64,000 bases of DNA from Iphione sp. A-MEVVRFRX5 (lineage: Eukaryota): positions 61,132,001 through 61,196,000 of the forward strand of contig OZ320314.1 of assembly GCA_976226885.1 (NCBI GenBank), given 5' to 3'. This document shows positions 22,204 through 36,891 of this stretch, piece by piece (positions within the stretch are counted from its first letter, which is position 1; the number at the start of each line of letters is the position of its first letter). The notes beneath the pieces are model-generated. The model saw nothing but the letters and a program-made list of their open reading frames with translations, was not told the DNA's origin and did not search any database. Both the position numbers and the translations under genes were made by a program.

Positions 22204-25200
22204 TAACAGAGGATATCGTTTCCGTTGGTAACATAACAAATACCACTTACTATGGTTACTCTGTACCAAATCTTTTTGTCTATGCTACCTATATTTAGCA
22301 CGGTACATGTACTTGTATTAGCTTCATAAGTAGAGTCTACACTTTGTGTGGAAAAGCTTCTTATTTGAGCCATGCTTCACCGTCCAGGACTATGGACACT
22401 GGGTGGAGTATGTTATTATCTGGGCTATGCATAATACCGTCCAAGACTGGGGACATCCCCTAAATGGGTTTATTTTCACTCGGAATCAAGGCTATACCTT
22501 TGTCATGCCGTGCTATTTGATTTCTATGAGACCGCGCGTGTCATGATTATTTACTGGCATTAAATCGAGAATAGAAAAACAGTCGTTGCAATTCATTGGA
22601 TGACCTGCATCACTAAAGATATGGGGCACGTCAGGAACATTGTGCTGTTCTTGTTTGAAGTAATTGTAGGTAGAATACAGAAACGGTCGTTTTAGTTGTG
22701 TTTTTTACCTCTCCTTCTCGTCTGCTATCATCGCGCCGAAATGCACTTCACCCGACTGGGCCAAGTATAGCACCACACCACCCGACTTATTTAGTTCTCG
22801 ATCCATCTTAATCCAGCCTATATTCTCGGAACTGTCCTAAATTCTTATCATGTAGTACCGGGTACTGTGAGAAAACTGCATAAGTTAGCCTGCGCTACGC
22901 CATAAATGATGGAAGGCACATCGATCCCCTCCCCTATTACTGAATCATTCATAGTTCTAAAGTTTTTGTTAATTCGTCATGACGGTTCTATACACGTCCT
23001 TCGACAACCAGACGTGAAATATCTGACTGTCGACGAACCGTGCTCGAAACTTTAAGATATTACATGCTTTACCTTTAGATATTACCGAAGACAATGACAG
23101 TCAGGCGGTTGAATTGTTCTTAGCGACATTTGAAAGGCGCGTCCGGCCGACGCAAGCCAGGCATCGTTATTGATTACTTTATTTTACCCTTTTGCCCGCG
23201 GTTGATAAGTGTCTTTGGATAGATGATTCAATGGTTGTCAGCTTACTATGCTCCTTTGTTCCCAGCTCAGTGTCGTTTTTCACTCACGCGTGCGATTCAT
23301 TGTGCAAAGGACGCGTGTCCCATCATCAAATGTTGCCTTTAATTTCAGCGCCGCTGAAAAATGTGTAAAGCCAAATATTGAGGTGATTGCTACCGGAGAA
23401 ACGCACGTCTTAACAGTTTGTTGAGTCGCTTAAGCAGCCTGCGTGCCGCATGCTGTTTACCAGCGACAGCCGAGCCGGACAGCCGCCGTGCTCGCCGCTC
23501 TCCGGTCTCTCTCTTTGGGGAATTAGACCCGGGCTGGATTGCTTTGCAAGCGCCGCGCCAAGCGCCTGCCGTTACCACAGCTGGTCTCTCCGTATGAAAT
23601 AAGCACGGGCCTCTTGACGCCGATCCTCCCATTGACGCGCCGGAAGAAACCTGCCGGCCAGCTGAGCGTCTTGTCAGGTTTTTGATGCGGGATGATATCC
23701 ATAAGGAACCCGTTAGCTAGTCAGTTGTCACCATGACAACTAGCGCGCTCCCCCCACAACGCCAAAAGATGGCCCAGGGTTGGAATCTGACGTGACTACT
23801 TTTTGGTCTCATTTTGTTAACCAGAACATATGAATGTAAATGAGAAAGCCAGTATGGAGATATTAATATATCCTTTAGAAGCAATGGTTTCTCGCTCAGC
23901 ATTCTCACGATTTAATGCCTTCTCGTTGGAAGCTGTAAACAGGCTGAGCAGTGGGGCAAACATTCGTATGACAGGTATTCGTCATACATGTATTCCCTAA
24001 TTCACCAGGAAGATCAGATAATGCTCCCAGAATGACTCGACGAAAGTGTTTAATAAGGCGGGGACGTGACGATGAATGTCTGGTGTTGTTAATCGGATGA
24101 TGACTGGTTTTTATGTTAAATAAACCAGAATACAAAATGATATGGCACGGTGAGCCTTCATAGATAGCATGTACCTCTTGTAATAAAGCTTGATTGATGG
24201 AAGTCAGTGTTCTTCGGTTAAAGGCAAACTTAAATCTGATAATTTCCCATGTATGAAGCAAAAAAAGAACCACAAAGAGGTTAGGTCAGGACACGATAAA
24301 ACCTAAAATAATTAAAATAAACGAGAGACCGGGAAAAACTACCAGTCAGTGAGAAGTGCTAAAAACCTAAGATACAGGTTTAAACTACCATGTGGGACAT
24401 GCTGCACCATCTCAACATGAAAGAGACTACTGCTAGAGATTAGAATTACCCAGTTCAGTTTAATCATGCAGTGAGTGTATTGGCCAAGCTGGGTTAGTCG
24501 GTATCACCTCCCTAAGTAATTCCGGCCACAGCATCTGGGCATTAATTACTCATGCGAAGAAAGACGCGTCCATGCCCGTTTAATCAACCTGAGTATTACG
24601 TGAAATACAGCTGAGCTAGAATGAAGTTATGGAAACTCATTAATGTTCGGTGCATGTGGCCAGTCTTATTAACTGTTGAAGGTGAACTGCAATGGGAATC
24701 GTTAAGTGTTGTGTGACTTTAACGTACAAGTTGAGATTGCTCATACATGACTGATAGAGGGGTTAATCTTTAAAGAATTATCATCTCATAATGGAGAGAG
24801 TATACTTTGCGTTTATGTAGTATTTTTATCTGTCTGCTCAGTCCTTACTTTTTGAAATTATAGACGTGTCCCTAGAGTATCATTAATATATACAAATGTA
24901 TATATGTTCGAATTTGCCATTTGCTGTACCATTGTTCCCAGGTTTAGTACATATCTTTTAGTTACGGATACAATCATGGACAAGAGCACGACAACATAGT
25001 ATAGGGGAAAAGGATAAGGGAAATGAGAAATAACTGGATTGTGGGCAACAAATCGATCAACCGGCCCATCAGTGGAAGCTTCCATAGGGAGCAAATTGTA
25101 CAGAGGAAGGTCTTGTCTACCTTGCCATCTGTATCCTCCTGCTACTTAAAAAGGCTGTAGAGATATGCATGAAAACTCCACCGGGGATAATTTGCATGAC

Positions 25201-25825
25201 GCAGTCCTTCAGCTGGGGGTTCTTTTTGTACTCATTCGCACACTGTTGTTCCATGCCATAAATCGCCATATGATGGGAGGTCGATCCGAATGACAAAGGA
25301 GGAGTAGTGCCCCTCCGGTTTTACTTAATCATGAGCCTGCCCCGCACCCTGCAGCCCATTTTCCCCAGCTAGTGGGGTCAAACAGTCATCAGCATCAGTT
25401 CAGTCTCTCCTGACCTTTAACGAACTCGTAAACGGCCAAGCAAAATAGTGAATACCCATATGTTCAGAGCGGAACAAAAAAACAATGAATGGCCAAACGT
25501 TCGTTCACGGTGCCTTAAGTGGTACATAGAAATGGGCGTTTGACTACAAGAGGGGCGCATGAGACTCGGTGAAGTAGCATATGGAAATGAGAATACTCCC
25601 CAGGTACACTGTTAACACCCTAATACACGACAGACATCAAACTACCATCGTGTCATGTACATTTATTTACATACAGAGGCTACATAGATGTTCATATTAT
25701 AGTTCTTGGGAGCTTCTAATATTTACCAGTTAGCGTCTCAAACAACGTTATAAAACGACACACTATTTCCATGGAGGCTACTGAGCATGTGCATATGTAG
25801 AAATTAAAACGTCTCTTAACAATTA

Positions 25826-26304
25826 CAGTCGAATGTCGGTTTGGGACCACCCTTTGATTAGTAAAAGTCTAGTAAGCATTGAATTTGAAATCTTAGGGAC
25901 CTAAAAAGTGCCAAATTTGATGAGGAAAAGTCCCCAAAGCAGTGAATTTCATGACTCAAAGTCTTGAAAGTGACAAAAATGTTCTGTAAGCATCGACATC
26001 CGAAGGGTCATGTTAATATCTCTGGTCACATGTTAGACAATGAATATCCCTTCAATGCTCTGAGCGGTAGATATGTACATGTTCGTGCTAACACCTGTGG
26101 TCACATTGTGGCATTGGATTCAAATAAAAATTACTATAGGAGGTGTGACTGCAGGCTGGTTTGGCCAGAAATTGGTCTGTTTGCATAGTGGGTATTTTGA
26201 TACATAGTTTTATACAGGCAAATACATGTATTTCTGTTGTAAGCTCATTGCCCGTAAAACAGTTTTGGTCGCATATTGGTATTGCTGGAACTGGCATTTG
26301 ACTG
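25826..26304. mobile_element. Tc1/mariner-type MITE (479 bp), older
   Basis: TA|cagtcgaatgtcggtt versus inverse of the right end cagtcaaatgccagtt (13/16, all differences transitions); internal decayed copies of the 31-bp unit seen at 10869. Confidence 0.55.
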
Positions 26305-29300
26305 TCCTTCCAGAAATTAGGGCAATACTGTCATACTGCTAGCTCACAATTATCACTGTATGTAGACCATTTCAGTTCTCCCCCCTTCAAATAAAAGAGA
26401 AAAAAAACAACAAAATCCAGAAAAAATAAGAGGTATCATTTACGGTGAATTATGAAACATGAATTATGTACACCAGCGTCACTGACAAAATGGATTCTTT
26501 GTTTACATCGGCAAATAATTCGGAGTAAGCAGCAGCGAGAAGTCTGGAATATCAGAGATAATTCATCTCCTCATAAGCAGTAATTTAGCGCAAATGTTCA
26601 CCCTCCCCCCTCCAAGTATGAACAATAAACTTTGAGAGAGGTATGTGTTCCATTAATGAATGTATTCTAAAACGAAAAACGAAGAAGTTTGATGCGAATT
26701 AAAGGAGATGAGCAGCAGTCCTCTTTTGTATAGTGGTCAGGAAGAAATGTCTTTGGCTTTTGCAGAAGTGCTATGATAATTCTGGTGGAAGGAGTATGAC
26801 TGGCCATCAGAAAGACAGTTAGAGACAACAAACATAGAGGCAGAAGATGCATCAGCGCGGTCAAGTGCAGCACAAGTTAGCTTGTGTTAACCTTATTAGT
26901 GTGTAGTCTGTAGTGCAATCTGCAGACTAATCGGTCTTCATTATCGAGGGTCTTGGTTAGTTAGGACATTCGAGGGCGGACGATGGATAGTTAGGCTAGC
27001 CCTCTGCCGTGCAGCAGCGATCTCCCACCCTGCTACGAACATTCAGTACATGTGAAATATTAGTGATAGGCCTTAAGTGAGCTAATCTTCCTGAATGCTT
27101 CGAATGATGTACACTGTTTTTTCTTTGTCGTGAACTGCATTTTGGTACGTAAATGGATTGTTGCTATTGTAAGGATGGATCAGTATATAAAGCGTCAAAC
27201 TGAAAGTTTCTATTTATGTCATCTAGGATAGCAATCCTTTTCAACTTTCTCATACGTTAATACTTCATCCTCTTTACCCTGCAAAATCAATAAGCCGACG
27301 AATAAAAAAAAGCCTCGTGCTCTCTGATGTTTTCAGTCTGATTTTAGATGTATGTTCCCAGCTTTGTTGCACAGCTTCACACAATAGGCGGAATGGAGAT
27401 ATGCCACCCACCTTCAATCATTTCCAACAGGTTCATCATTTCTGTGTTGTATCCCACTATCGTTCTATCGAGTTCCCGTTTTCCTGTGCACGTGTCGTTT
27501 CAGCCGCCCCCGCTATTGCATTACCCTTCGTTATCGTATAACGCGGGTTATTGATGGAACCATTTCACTGAGGTTATACTCCAGGTGTTTGTTTGGTGTT
27601 GTACACGCTGACACGCACTTCCGGTGGGGGTAAATTATCTCCAGGCAACTGTCGCTGTGACTTTTTAGTGGGCCACCCCACCACAAAACATCATCAGGCC
27701 CCGATCCCCTCTACCTGTCTCTCACAGGGACCAACCCCTCGTCCAAGCCATTGGCCTGCGTTTGTTTCTGGTGATTACTGCCTTTCTTTCTTTTACTCAT
27801 TCCCCCGAACTATAACTTTCCTAGACCTTCCTCACTCTTCTTCCTACTTTCCTTGTGTATCGTCCTTTGGCATGCCCTTTTCTACTCTACTCCCGCCCGC
27901 AGAACCATCTGCCTGTTGGTTTGTCGGTCTGTTTATGGATCTCTGTCTGTCTGTTCTGTCTCACGACCTGTCTCTCGTTCTCACTCATCTAAGATGTTTG
28001 GTGGTTTGGTTGCAGACACAATGGTCCGGTTCACTCTTTGAACTTATGCATGCCATAAAATGCTGTTTTATCATTTACGAACAAAGCTTGTATACTACTT
28101 GGAAGTCTTGCAATAGAAACTAGTCCAGTACCAGTACGTCTTTTCCCCCTCTTATTTTGTTCTGCTTTTGAACTCACTGTAAAAGATGTCGATATTGGCT
28201 TTTAAGTGATATGGTCTACATCCTTAATTTATAACTACATGTATACATATATTTATGATACGTGATCTGACATGACATTCGTTTGTTTCCTTACATGACC
28301 AAGCTTCCTTGTTCATACGCTACTCATCTGACCTAGCCATTCGACTAAAAGCATCGGCCTCCTATTCTAACTGTAAGCATCAAAAGTTTGTATGCACGCC
28401 ACGGCCTTCACTGCCAGTCAATACCCTAGGTCCTCTTAGTTCAGATTATTCTGCCTTTCGCTGCAACCAACCCCTAACGTCTCCACCAACCCTTATCCCT
28501 CTTGTTCCCCATATCCTCCTTGTGTAAGTAACTTATCCCTACCATAGAAACGTGCCTCAGCTCTGCTCCCAGTTGCGTCTGCCACCTTTAACCCGGTAGT
28601 CTGCCTTCCCCATCTCATTTCTGTCTAAAGCGCATAGATCATAGCCAGGAATCAGTGCGTTGAGCATTTGAACTACGTGTGCCATTACCGTACGGCGCGC
28701 TCCGTGTGACACTACGGGGCTCTCCCTCATTCCCTGCCGTAATAAGGTTATTTTGGTGACAGCTGTACAGCTTGGTGTTTCTGTATGTGTCACTGTGGTG
28801 ATTGATCTTCGTATAAGGTTATAGTGAGTTGCTGGGGCGTGCAGCAGGCCAAGCGGTAGACATCCCAGGGCAGTACACTGCGCCTGCCGAACAGCCGATT
28901 GATGCGTTTTACCACCGACCAAAGTCACGACGAATCCTTTGAACCTAGTGCAGGTTCTTTCTCATTTGGGATTTTCCATTACCTTACATTTTGTTACTTG
29001 ACCCAGGGTTTAATAATGATAACGGTGGCTTAAGATGGATATTGGTATATATTTATTGTCTCGACTGAAAATGATCTCCACGGAAGTCTGGCTGCAATCA
29101 TTCTGTGCAAGTAATCATTGATGTATTTATACCACAGCCGCTATTCGCTACTACTACCAGTGTAGAGTTCCAAATGGTACGCATTACTTCCTGTTGCACC
29201 TTACCCAACATACCAGTAATAGACAATTAAGGATGAAGAGAGCCTCCTTGTCAGTCGAGTGGCCAATTCCCACTTAATCCTGCACTGATCCTAGTTGTAC

Positions 29301-32299
29301 GGTTATATAATCTCTGGCGAAGTATGTCTTGCCTAATTGCAAGCGAACTTACGTGAGTTAACAAAGGCTAATTAAATCGTACAAAGTACAGTGCCTAATT
29401 AGTATCCTTATGTGAAGCCCGGACAAAGATGGCATATCAAAACAAATTCGTCTCCCATTCTTGTGTATAGGACTGCCGTGTGTTTGAGTATACATGTACA
29501 TGTAGTAGGAAATGTGAGCTTATGGAACGACCTAATCAAGTATAATTGCTTCAGAGTTATATACCCATACCACGAGCGCCTTATTTTGTTAAAGGTCATG
29601 TTATTGATAGAATATATTAAGCATAGGGTTCAGTTCATACAATGTATGATTCTGGTCGGCAACATGCTTTTTCTTGGAACTATGTTTTCCTTTATACTGC
29701 ACGTGGTTAGTTGATCTCTAAGGTTAAATTCAAGGTTAAGGGAACCGAGCCGGTGCGACGTCTATTTTCTTTTATCAGTATATGGCATCAATGACTGGTG
29801 AGATGGCCACCCGCCGGGATCAGAAGGAGTATTCTGCCAGCGCCCAGTGGTTCTCACTCACAGGCGCCAAGAACCCCGGAGAGGCTGCGCGCTCATGTGA
29901 AAATACATCAAGCGGTATGGCGAACGGCGGCCTTTAACCGGGGCCTCCTCTGTACGACACACATTCAAGGATCTGCATTAACTAACCATCGGACTACTTT
30001 ATGGGCCGCCCCGTGCTACTACCCAGGGTGCTTGGGTGCGTGCCCAGTCCACCGAGGCCGCCAGGCGCCTTAGGGTCAGTGTTGGCCGAGTAACAGAAGT
30101 GGGCTCAGATCTGCTCCTCTCGTTATGGGTGTAGTCCTACTTCATGCTGCCAAGCAGCGAAGGCCATTGCAGCTACATTTCAGCACTACCGTGTAGTAAC
30201 TGTGGATGTTCAGTACATCCGTAGCTATTACCGAAGCAAGTCTTTTGATCTTCCCCTGCCGGGGAATTTCCTGACAGGAAAATATCGAAGTCATTCTTCA
30301 TGTGTCTTTGACGAATGGATGGCACAATATGTTCCGATAGCAAAGACTCGTTTCAAAGCAGTAGCAGGCGTAGGTTCAGTTTTTAGATTTGAGAAGCCTC
30401 GTTGGTATCCCTCACATTGTCTCCTGCAGTCGAAAGAGTCTGCTGTATGTAGTCACTTTGTATGCAAGCTACTCTGAGAAAGGAATTGATTTGGGTACGG
30501 ATCTTTTCGTGGAACGGTCGATCTATTGGGCGCATTGCTCTTTAAAAGGATGGCTTGGGAAAACAGCGCGGGCGAACATTTCAAAAGTAGACTCCATACG
30601 AAAAAAAGGAGGAGGCGCTTCTTGTTGCAGGGCATGGAGATAGAAAAAGCAGAGGACGGTTGTTTTGTATGTGGGCATTCCTCTCGTGCAATCTTCTCGA
30701 TTGGTCAGAGGTCCCTCCGGGATGCAATATTGGCGCTGTGCAACTGTGTCCGTAGGAAAATGGATGACAGCTGGGGAAATTAAGGTCAGCTACATGAGGC
30801 AGCTCCTCGCAAGGCCCTCAGACATACAGCCGGCTACTTTCCACTGACATACGTAATGGTCATGGAGGGAGGAGCGACAACTACCGTACTTTTTAAAAAC
30901 CTAATAATATCTGGTGCTGCCGTTTGCGACACTGACATGACTGGGCTGAAAGCTCTCACATGACACACGCCATTCGTCTGGTTCAAGTGAACTGATGTAA
31001 GGCTGCTTTGTTTCCAGTCTTCCGGCCCCTGTCAGACGCCAGGTCTACAGGCGGTCGCCGTCGAAAAGAACAACGATAGATGTTTTTGCCTTTGGAGCAT
31101 GTGCCTCCCGCGCTTCTAACCGGCTCGTCTCACTACAGCTATCAACTGCCTGTTGTATAACGTACCCCAGGGGACGATCAAATGGGAGTCTGCATCAGGA
31201 TGGAATGGCTTCCCTTACACAGCTGGGCCCTTTGCATAGCTGGCATAACACTGTCTTGTTTAAGGTTGTAAGCGAGTGTCAAATGTAGCATATACTGACC
31301 AAGATCACTTACACGACTCTCCCTTGCGGCGCAGCTGAGGAATGATGGTCGGGACTTCATAGAAGATAGTTTATGGGGTAAATCAGCAGCAGTCATTATA
31401 ATTAGATAATTATAAGCTTGAGCCAGTGTCATTTGGAGCACAAACATATTTATTCCATGTTCATTGTAATTTATGTTTTTTTTGGCACATGGGACTTGTA
31501 TGTCGAAGCTAAACCGGTATCAGTCCAGTTTGAAATGTCAACTCCAAACGGCAAATTTTCGCATTTGCTTTATGCAATCATCTAATGGTGTACTCATCGA
31601 AGAACCTTGTAATTAGTCACACCCCTAAACTACAGATAAATAATACATTATAGTGCTTGATTTTCAATTTTGTGTGCGAAAGAACTCATGTATATTGAGA
31701 GTAATTGGTAAAACATTATTTATAAATTTATTCATATGAAAATCTTAATATTGTGGGTTCGATTTTATCAAGAATTACTATGGAGAATATGGGGAATTGC
31801 ATCCATTAAGCCTTTACCTACCAGCCCCAAACAAGCAGATTTCTGCAGTCTTTAGACAACATTTAGTGTAGCAGATGTCTTTGTTAGTTACCATGACTAC
31901 CGTAAAATGATCATATTCCCTCGTTGTGCAGGTTTATGACGCCTATTGGCATAGTTGCAAAGATTTGAGTAGTACAAACAACACATGAATCACAATATTA
32001 TCACAAGATTAATACAGCACAAAGGAGTAACAGATACATGGGTAGGTAGTCAAACACAAGATATCATTAAGACTCAGTTACTATTTTAACAATACACAAC
32101 AGAGACAAACAAAAAGTGAGTCAAGATTTTAGACAATATACATTGCAATTGAATATGGCACAGTATACAATAGTGATACAACGATTGATTACACTCACAG
32201 ATTTAGAAAAAAATACAGACATCCAGTGCTACACACATGATACATATGACAGAGTGCTATCAGTCTAGCTTAAAGGTTAAAAATCATTACTGGATTGAG

Positions 32300-33850
32300 A
32301 GTATGTTACAAACTGGTGTAAGAACAGCCAGACTGATCAACATGACCATAAGCAAACAAAGGTGCTGGCACCCACCTGAGGCCTATAAAAATGCATAAGA
32401 GTACAGTTGCAGGATCATCATGGTTGCATAGTCTTTGGATACTAACATCCCTGTCAGTGTGAAGTTGGTATCATCTCAGACACAGCAGAACATCACATCT
32501 ATTTCATCAGCTGATGAAATAGCAAAGTTCTAACTCTACTCCCAGTGTGGCAACAGTGTGAGCTCATTGGGAACTCCATTACCACCAGTTCATGGTACAC
32601 CTCATCCCGAAGCCAATGGTGATACACCACTCAACTAAACATACCCCGTTAGATCTCCAGTCTCTGATGTTAAGAGGCAGAAGTGGAGAGGCACCTAGTG
32701 CCACCTCATCCAGGTGCACAGTTGTTACATATAGAGTAATGCATATCAAGCATCCTTTAGAACCTAGTCACATACAGAGATATTGGGGCCTTAATAGGCT
32801 AACATACTTGAATTCCAGCATGTAGAGATTAGGTGAAATCCCTTACCATTGGTCTCTAACAGGTATTTCATGCAAGGATACAGCACAGGGGCCAACCAGC
32901 CTATCTAATGATAGACCTGGGCAGCTTCACTGACTCCATGTGCCTCATGTATAGATCATTCCACCTCACAACTCTGCAATAATGCAGAGATCTAGCATAC
33001 AGCCTGCATTTGGGCTTACTGATAGCACAAATCTGTGTGACACTGTCCCTTGTGCAGATCCTTTTAGCAAGTGGCAGGAGGGATAGAGCCATCTGCTTAT
33101 GACAGCCTGTAACCCCCTGAACTCAATAAGGTGCTTCACATGTCAATCTTGTTTCTTGCCTCAAGAACATGGCTCGAAATGCGAGTGTTCATTAGCAGCA
33201 CCAGTCTAATACTCCTCTTATCTGCAGCCTGACCATCTCTGATGTTGACAGGCCAAAGTAGTTTACAGCTTAATAATTCAAGTAGGTCAAGACCATGGAT
33301 TTGAGGAAGATCAACCCTGACCTTCATAGGAATGAGCCACTTAATGCGAGATACATGTACAGAAGTTGGCCACATTCTTTTTTTGACTTCTTTGATGCTG
33401 TTAGAGAATGATAGCTGGTTGTCCACCACAAAGCCCATAAGCCTCATTTTGCTCCTGTCATTCAGGATGACACCATTCAGACTTAGGTCTAGATTGACCC
33501 TACATACCTTGCCAATGGGCATATACCCACATTTATTCTCACTGACCCTCATGCCCACTGACTCACATCATCTAGAGGCAACAAATAGGGTTTGCACTGC
33601 AACACACCTCAGATGCAGGAGATCCCTTTTATGAACCAGAACAGTCAGGCCGTCTGCATAGGTAACAGCAGTGGTACCTGGTAGAAGAAACCTTACCACT
33701 GTGTCGGCAACCAGGGCCAAAACCTGACTCTTGGGAGACCCCCTGGGGTATGCTCAACTGAACCAACTCAGTCCCTTGGCATTTTACACTCTGATTCTTC
33801 TGAGACATAATTCTGAAATAAAAGATTTGTTGGTAGATATCACCCAATGC
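32300..33850 (-). pseudogene. Degraded 5'-truncated LINE ORF2 3' portion
   Basis: SIPQGVSQESGFGP (GVPQGSVLGP-like), YADGLT, GMRVSENKCGYMPIG...LNG...GFVVDNQLSF, followed by a decayed C-terminal region. Confidence 0.75.
32499..32522. repeat. Perfect 24-bp palindrome
   Basis: ctatttcatcagctgatgaaatag equals its own reverse complement. Confidence 0.95.
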
Positions 33851-35130
33851 CTATTGCTTACCTTAAGGCGATGTGTTTTAGATCGAAGGTTTCTATCTCT
33901 ATTAGTCTAGGAGAAATAGGTACAAAGGGTGTAAGCACAAACTGAAGCGAAAGCTCCTAAACCCCCTGCTTATCCAAAGCACAACTGCACGACTGATCAT
34001 CAGGTAAAAACTTGAAAGCTTACGTCTACCAGTATATACCTTTATGTGTTCAAATATAGCTGGATGTCTGTTTGAATCCGGCGTTTGTACCTGCTGGGAA
34101 CATATAAGGTGGTTTCTCATTATTATTTTGATCGAAGTAGGTAGCCTCTCTTGAAAAGCAAATTCAGCATAAATCTACAGATCTATGGTGTAGAACAGAT
34201 GTTCCAGCCAGTTCCCGCATTATGCGCATTGATTACAGTGTATTAGTCATCCAGTTCCCAAGTTATTTGTTCCCTTGCAACAAGAATATATTTTCGAAAG
34301 CCAGCAATGATTCTGTCGATAATCCTTTAAGACTAAATTAACTTAAACAAGACTCTTTCGCAGCCGGCGTTTTTTATTCTACAGACTACACCAAAGGATG
34401 CGTTTTTGTTCAGTCATTTTTATATATAAAGTGAGTTACTGGTCTTGAATCATCATAGACCCGTGTCCATGCTCTAGGTGCACTTAGTGTAATAGCCGCT
34501 GTCACTATGAGTTAATAATATTGCCGATGCTCTGGCACACTCTAGAATACTCCGGTTATATTAACCTCTGGCATCGCCTTGAACCTTTTTGTCAGTGTGA
34601 CATGCAGGGATCGTAAAGGAAACACGCTCTAAAAACCTGTGCGGAAAGACAGTTCCTTCATTTGGTTTTGCACTTTCCAGACCGTCCACAGGAAAATCTT
34701 TCATACATGAACACTTTTTAATGCCCCATATTAGTTATTGTAGCTTTGTCGACTTTTCTGATTTTTAGGAGAAAAACATAAGATCATTATGTAGAACTTA
34801 TCCGTAATTTAGATTCTTGAAAAATATTATGTCACCATGGAGAATCAACCACTTGATGTTTACGAACATCACAAGTTAAGATTACAAATATTTGCAAAAC
34901 ATTGTATGATTCATGGACTTTAAATGGTCTATAACATAACAATGTCCTGGCAAAATAAAATCTGTTTAGTTTAACTGGTATATATAGCTACAATTTTTCA
35001 CACGAATCTCCCCAATTCTGACGGTCTGGAGTCAGCTAGATGACAAAGAGGGAGAACTGACAAACATACTTTTTGTCTTACCTCGAGAGAAAATCGTCCA
35101 TCTTGATTGATTGCCATGTTCTCTTTGACG

Positions 35131-35216
35131 TAGTAACATCAGGACTCTGGATTTGAGAAGGTTTGTAACATCAGGAAGGTTAGTAACATCAGGACTCTGG
35201 ATTTGAGAAGGTTTGT
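35131..35216. repeat. 36-bp perfect direct repeat with a 14-bp chimeric spacer
   Basis: tagtaacatcaggactctggatttgagaaggtttgt at 35131 and 35181. Confidence 0.92.
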
Positions 35217-35379
35217 TAGGTCTATTATGAACCTTTTTAGTCGCTTTTTTTCTTTAAGCATTTTGCAGTCTGCTTTGATTTGCTATATTTTGCCATGCAT
35301 ATGTGCTCTTTCCCTTTTCAACTCGCCCGTATCTTTTGTTACCCGTGTTAGAAGGGTACTGTTATTTCATATGCTTTGA

Positions 35380-35846
35380 GACAGGGTTGTAAATGCCGTC
35401 TCTGTTCTTCAATCTTTTGTTGGTTATGAAATGGTTCCAGATTTATTGGAGCCCCCCTCTCCAGTACCCATATCGTAATCATTTGTATGACATATTTGAA
35501 TTAATCGTAAACTCACTTATGTGCATTTGTATAGAGCGGGCGGTGTCCTGCTTGCATATAGGTGTGTGTAGATACACGTCCATCGCAAAGGATAGGTTGT
35601 AGAGCACATGGACGTTATTATCACTATATATATGATGTCATTTTTGTTAAATACATGTACGTCTCTTTCAGTCTTACTTCTGCTGGTGATATTTGCTCCG
35701 AGAGATGAAGAATTCCTCTTAGATTTTTTATAGCCATGTATGTACCTTGAACATAGTGGTAGTGTACTTCTCTTGCCTATTGCAATCTAATGTGTTCTGT
35801 TCTGCGTAATATGCCATATTCAGTCGTCAGCTTCATCAGAAGGCAT
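35380..35846 (-). mobile_element. Degraded Penelope-like remnant (GIY-YIG-like fragment and decayed hammerhead)
   Basis: Minus-strand TARSIQMHISE and KRLKNRDGIY phrases; atgcc..CTGATGA-a..GAAT..ggcat at 35811-35846. Confidence 0.35.
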
Positions 35847-36716
35847 TCCATTTCATATTTATGCCATATATATCATGTACTTAACTGCTGGATATAGTAA
35901 TATAGAGAAAATCCCTGAGAGCAACCAACCGACGTGTCTGCTCAGTTTACCATATTGAGAACGGTAGATAGAATAAAAAGATAAGAATTGGCCTGTTGTC
36001 GAGGTCCTCTCTACATGCAAAATGTGGGAATACTCAAATAAGTGGGTTGTGATTAAAGAATATGATACGAAGTAGTCGAGAAGTTCCTATGTTCTTTAAG
36101 GTTTTTTTCCAACGCACAAATCTTGATACTTCAGCCGCGCGCGAGAGCGGCAGCAAAAGATAGTTGACAGAGCATTTGATCCGTTTTCGGTATTTGACAA
36201 AGGCCCTGATGTTGCAAGACCTCTAATCCAGAAGCAAGTAGAAACCAAGGGTACGAAGAAAACGAGTTCTAAAAAAGCATCATCTAAACCATTTAAAGCA
36301 TACAAATTGTATCGCTCTTTTTCATGTAGATGTGTACCAGCATGTTTATTGCATTGCACAGACAAGAGACAGACACACGGTGTCGTGGAGAGACTCATAG
36401 TCCCTGCTCCGATAACATACATACATATGCAATGTACAATTTATATTCATGGCACAGATGGTTTCATGTGTAGTATGTCGTTAACGGTGCACGTAGAGTT
36501 GCATTTATTCATTCGGTGTACATAATTACTTTGTCCTTTTTCAATTTTTATACGGCAAAATGCCGACATGAGCGCAAAAGCTGGTTTTTAGCAGTGGGGT
36601 ATTATATACATACAGTTGTAAATTTGTAATATTAATCATTGTTATGACATTCAGTCTATTAAATTTGCTTTAGAGGAAGCTCATTTCAGGTTGGACCAGA
36701 GTTTGATGATATAATA

Positions 36717-36891
36717 CAGTCAAACGCGTATATGCGACCACCACTCTTGTCTGAGTTCAAGTGGTCATAGAATGAGAATGGTCGCATTAATAGAGATTAA
36801 TATAACAATCAACACTTCTGTTCTGCGCTATGTTGGTCACATTAGTGAGAATGGTTGGAATGTGGTGTGGTCACAAATAGGCATTTAAGTG
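36717..36891. mobile_element. Tc1/mariner-type MITE (175 bp)
   Basis: TA|cagtcaaacgcgtatatgcgaccac versus inverse cacttaaatgcctatttgtgaccac|TA. Confidence 0.7.

Noticed and set aside
27593-28123. 176-aa ORF
   Set aside because: Non-ATG start, low-complexity pyrimidine-rich sequence, no motifs.
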